Positions 61,000-64,000 of a DNA stretch of 64,000 nucleotides are shown in pieces. The stretch spans positions 1,585,649 through 1,649,648 of the forward strand of contig CAXXXD010000003.1 in assembly GCA_963663385.2 (NCBI GenBank), given 5' to 3'. Under the pieces are notes generated by a model. It did not search any database. It saw nothing but the letters and a program-made list of their open reading frames with translations, and was not told the DNA's origin. The stretch is from Oceanispirochaeta sp. (GTDB lineage Bacteria; Spirochaetota; Spirochaetia; DSM-2461). How positions within the stretch are numbered: the stretch's first letter is position 1; every line of letters begins with the position of its first letter. Made by a program: the position numbers and the translations under genes.

Positions 61000-61792
61000 A
61001 ATGGGTGATGCAAAGCATCAGGGCCCCATTCTTAGTCGCCAAAAGATCGTATTTACCAACCAGAAAGGCGGGGTCGGCAAGACCACCATGACAAGAGAAC
61101 TGGGCTGTTACCTGGCCCATGATAAAGGGCTGAAAACCCTTCTGGTAGACTGTGACAGCCAAGGCAACCTTTCCAGAAGTTTCTTCGACCAGCCGGGAAA
61201 AGGACTGTACGAGGCCATTACAGAAGATGAAATTCACGTTCAAAGTGTCAGTGAGAATCTTGAGATCCTTTCCGGATCGATCTATCTCAGCCTGCTGGAA
61301 AAACAGCTTGTGGGAGAGTTCGACGGCTATGTACGGTTTAAGGAGCTTTTCGAACGGGAGGAGTTCGAATCCTACGATTTTATCCTGATGGATACTCCCC
61401 CTTCCCTGGGAATCCTCACGGGCAATGCCCTTGTAGCCGCCGATCACCTTGTGATGCCCATTACAGCCAGTCAGTACGCCCTGCAGGGAGCTTCGGACCT
61501 TCTGGAAACCATGGAGAAGATCAGGCGGAGCCTGAACCCGACTCTTTACGCCCTGGGAGTCGTCCTTAACAGCTACAACCCGGTTACCCTGATCGGCCGG
61601 GAGCTGAAAGCCGAACTGACCGGGTTCTTCGGAGAAACCTGTTTTGAGACCGTGATCAGCCGGTCGATCCGGATCGAGGAAGCCATTGCCGAGAGGAAGG
61701 GCCTGGTCCAGCTGTCCGGTAACCAATGGAAAAGGCCCGCGGAGGAAGTAAGGGCTCTGGGGAATGAACTTTTATCCCGGTGCGGTCTATGA
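60986..61792 (+). CDS. ParA-family ATPase (copy 2)
   Basis: Translation identical to 51365-52171. Confidence 0.93.
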   Translation: MNLDKMGDAKHQGPILSRQKIVFTNQKGGVGKTTMTRELGCYLAHDKGLKTLLVDCDSQGNLSRSFFDQPGKGLYEAITEDEIHVQSVSENLEILSGSIYLSLLEKQLVGEFDGYVRFKELFEREEFESYDFILMDTPPSLGILTGNALVAADHLVMPITASQYALQGASDLLETMEKIRRSLNPTLYALGVVLNSYNPVTLIGRELKAELTGFFGETCFETVISRSIRIEEAIAERKGLVQLSGNQWKRPAEEVRALGNELLSRCGL

Positions 61793-64000
61793 CTTCTTCA
61801 AAGCTGAAAGGCAGGAGCCCTTTGAAGGGGGCTTCCCTGCTGGACGAGTTTGAAAAAGACCGGATCAAGGCACAAACCGATATAGTCAGTGTGATTACCT
61901 CCTATGGTATCTCTCTCGAGAAGAAAGGCTCTTCTTTCATGGGGCTGTGCCCCTTCCATGAGGACAAGAATCCTTCTCTTTCGGTGGACCAGTCCAAGGG
62001 ACTGTTTCACTGTTTCGGCTGCGGGGCCGGCGGGGATGTGTTTGACTTTGTGATGAGGCACCAGGGCGTGGAGTTTAAAGAGGCTCTGGCTATCTTGAAA
62101 GGAGATGAGGGAAAGGCATTCAGGCCGAAGGAGGTACCGGCTCCGCCGGTGCCACTGGAGGGCGAACCTCTGCTTAAAACAACCTCATTGGAAGATGTAA
62201 CGGATTACTATCACCGTCAGCTCTCCCATCCGGAAGCAGTTTCCTACCTGAAAAAACGGGGGATCTATGCTCCGGAGCTTCTGGGACGGCTGAAAGTCGG
62301 CTACTGCCCCGGAGACTTGAAAGACAAACTGTCCGAAGTCCAGTTTCAGGAGCTGAAAGAGGCGGGCCTCTTTACGGAAAAGAACCTTGAAACCTTCCGG
62401 GACTGCATTGTTTTCCCACTCTATTCTTCCGATGGGAAAGTCCGGAGATTTTACGGCAGGAAGATAAATGAAAGGTCCAGGGTGAAACACCTTTATTTGA
62501 AAGGGCCCCACCGGGGCCTGTTTAACCACCAGGCATTCAAGGTTTACCCGGACCGGATGATCCTGACAGAATCGGTGATTGATGCCTTTTCGCTGATGGT
62601 TTTGGGATGCGAAAATGTTTCCTGCTCTTACGGCGCCAACGGGGTGACCAGTCACCTTGTAGAAGCTTTGAAAGAAAACCGTACAAAGGAAGTTGTCCTT
62701 GCTTTCGACGGTGATGAAGCGGGCCGGGAGGCTGCAGAAAAGGTCGGAAAAACTCTTTTCGAAAAGGGTATTGCCGTCAGAACCATCTTCCCGCCTTCCA
62801 AGGACTGGAATGAGTCATTACCAAAAATCACAAAGGAACAAGTTCTATCCCTGATCGAGAGCAGCATTCTGAAACCGCCGGAGGGTGATAAAAGGCCACT
62901 GGTGGCCGATGGTAAGTACCTGTTTCATTGTTCTTCTCTGGATTACCGGATCATCGGAGTTAAAGAAGGATTTGTCAGTTCCCTGAAGGTGAATGTCCGC
63001 TGTCAGAGGCCGGCGGATGATACTGTCAAGTTCATCGACAATGTAGACCTCTTCTCCGCCCGGAGCCGGACCCTTTTCTCTGTCGCGGTCGCTCGCCGGT
63101 TCGGCGAGGAATCCGCCAGGATTGAAAAGGATTTACTGGATATCCTGGACTATTTGGAAGAAGAGTCTGAACGGGCCCTTTCGGATACCGGTTTAAAGAA
63201 GGGGTCTTTGACCCCTGAGGAAGAGGCAGCTGGCCTCTCCCTTTTACAGGATCCCAATCTTTTCGACAGGATTGTCAGGGATACGGAAGCTCTGGGCTAC
63301 GTGGGAGAGGAGGAAAACAAGATCCTTATGTACCTGGCCGCCTCCTCCCGTCTGATGGCCGATCCGGTAAGCGTAATCGTCATCTCCCAGTCCGCCGCTG
63401 GTAAAAGCTTTCTGATCGATACGGTAAAAAAGCTGATGCCCGAAGAGGATGTGATTTCCATGACCAGCCTTTCCGACCAGGCCTTGAACTACCTTCCCGA
63501 TGAAGCTCTGCTGCACAAGTTTCTGGTCATGGGAGAGGCGGTCCACTCGGAGAGCGTAGATCATCAGATGCGGGAGATGTTATCCGGAAAAGAGCTGTCC
63601 CGATTGGTGACCACCAAGGATGAGAAGACCGGAAGAATGACCAGCAAGCTGGTACGGAAAAAAGTCATTGTTTCCGCCGTGATGTCCTCCACTTCGACGG
63701 AGATCAACCCGGAGAACGCCTCCCGCTGCTTTGTGGTAAACACAGACGAGAGCCGGGAGCAGACCAGGGAGATCCACCGGAGGCAGAGGGAGAAGTACAC
63801 CCTGGAAGCCTACCGGAAGAAGGAAGAAGATCTCCCGGAAATCATTAAGACCCACCAGGCCGCCCAAAGGCTCCTGAAAAACCGGGTAATTGTTAATCCT
63901 TTCGCCGGGGAGCTGGACTTTCCCTCTTCCATGATGCGGAGCCGGCGGGACCATGAACGGTTTGTAGACCTCATTGCCTGCGTGTGCTTCCTGAGGCAGT
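61789..64000 (+). CDS. CHC2-Toprim primase/ATPase (copy 2, partial)
   Basis: Sequence matches 52168-54379; cut by the window edge. Confidence 0.9.
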   Translation, partial: MTSSKLKGRSPLKGASLLDEFEKDRIKAQTDIVSVITSYGISLEKKGSSFMGLCPFHEDKNPSLSVDQSKGLFHCFGCGAGGDVFDFVMRHQGVEFKEALAILKGDEGKAFRPKEVPAPPVPLEGEPLLKTTSLEDVTDYYHRQLSHPEAVSYLKKRGIYAPELLGRLKVGYCPGDLKDKLSEVQFQELKEAGLFTEKNLETFRDCIVFPLYSSDGKVRRFYGRKINERSRVKHLYLKGPHRGLFNHQAFKVYPDRMILTESVIDAFSLMVLGCENVSCSYGANGVTSHLVEALKENRTKEVVLAFDGDEAGREAAEKVGKTLFEKGIAVRTIFPPSKDWNESLPKITKEQVLSLIESSILKPPEGDKRPLVADGKYLFHCSSLDYRIIGVKEGFVSSLKVNVRCQRPADDTVKFIDNVDLFSARSRTLFSVAVARRFGEESARIEKDLLDILDYLEEESERALSDTGLKKGSLTPEEEAAGLSLLQDPNLFDRIVRDTEALGYVGEEENKILMYLAASSRLMADPVSVIVISQSAAGKSFLIDTVKKLMPEEDVISMTSLSDQALNYLPDEALLHKFLVMGEAVHSESVDHQMREMLSGKELSRLVTTKDEKTGRMTSKLVRKKVIVSAVMSSTSTEINPENASRCFVVNTDESREQTREIHRRQREKYTLEAYRKKEEDLPEIIKTHQAAQRLLKNRVIVNPFAGELDFPSSMMRSRRDHERFVDLIACVCFLRQ

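Larger units (their letters stand above)
57116..64000 (+). mobile_element. Integrative element unit 2 (partial, runs off the right edge) carrying a different toxin/immunity cassette
   Basis: Same organisation as unit 1; matching backbone, unrelated cargo. Confidence 0.8.
59024..64000 (+). repeat. Backbone direct repeat, copy 2
   Basis: Matches 49403-54379 up to the window edge. Confidence 0.97.

Noticed and set aside
49403..64000. The duplication as a pure assembly artefact
   Set aside because: Each copy has its own cargo, its own hairpin loop and a diverged ~110-bp spacer, which simple mis-assembly would not create. Perfect identity could still partly reflect consensus polishing, so long reads are needed.
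47878..64000. Prophage or conjugative element
   Set aside because: No terminase, capsid, tail, relaxase or T4SS gene in the complete unit.

Overview
Spirochaete-like chromosomal window (BMP-family ABC transporter, stand-alone groL, secDF-yajC). Bases 1-47.8 kb are mostly housekeeping genes: a large secreted repeat protein, apbE, two HAMP-GAF-SpoIIE genes, an nqrBCDEF-like operon without nqrA, zwf, glnS, aspartokinase, valS, secDF-yajC, groL, birA, argRCBDG, pgi, tex and a nucleoside/sugar ABC transporter. From about 47.9 kb to the end lies a head-to-tail tandem array of an integrative element. Its backbone is a BrnT/BrnA toxin-antitoxin pair, an XRE regulator, two small paralogous ORFs, ParA, a CHC2-Toprim primase with a P-loop ATPase, and two tyrosine recombinases; it repeats at an offset of 9621 bp and looked identical wherever compared. 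Each copy is preceded by a different AT-rich Rhs C-terminal toxin plus immunity cassette (toxin 1 NlpC/P60-like, toxin 2 L,D-transpeptidase/Tlde1-like; both immunity proteins have signal peptides). Each cassette is bounded on the left by Rhs-core homology and on the right by an integron attC-like imperfect hairpin. This suggests a self-replicating mobile element that swaps toxin tips. All calls come from reading motifs by eye; no database searches were run.
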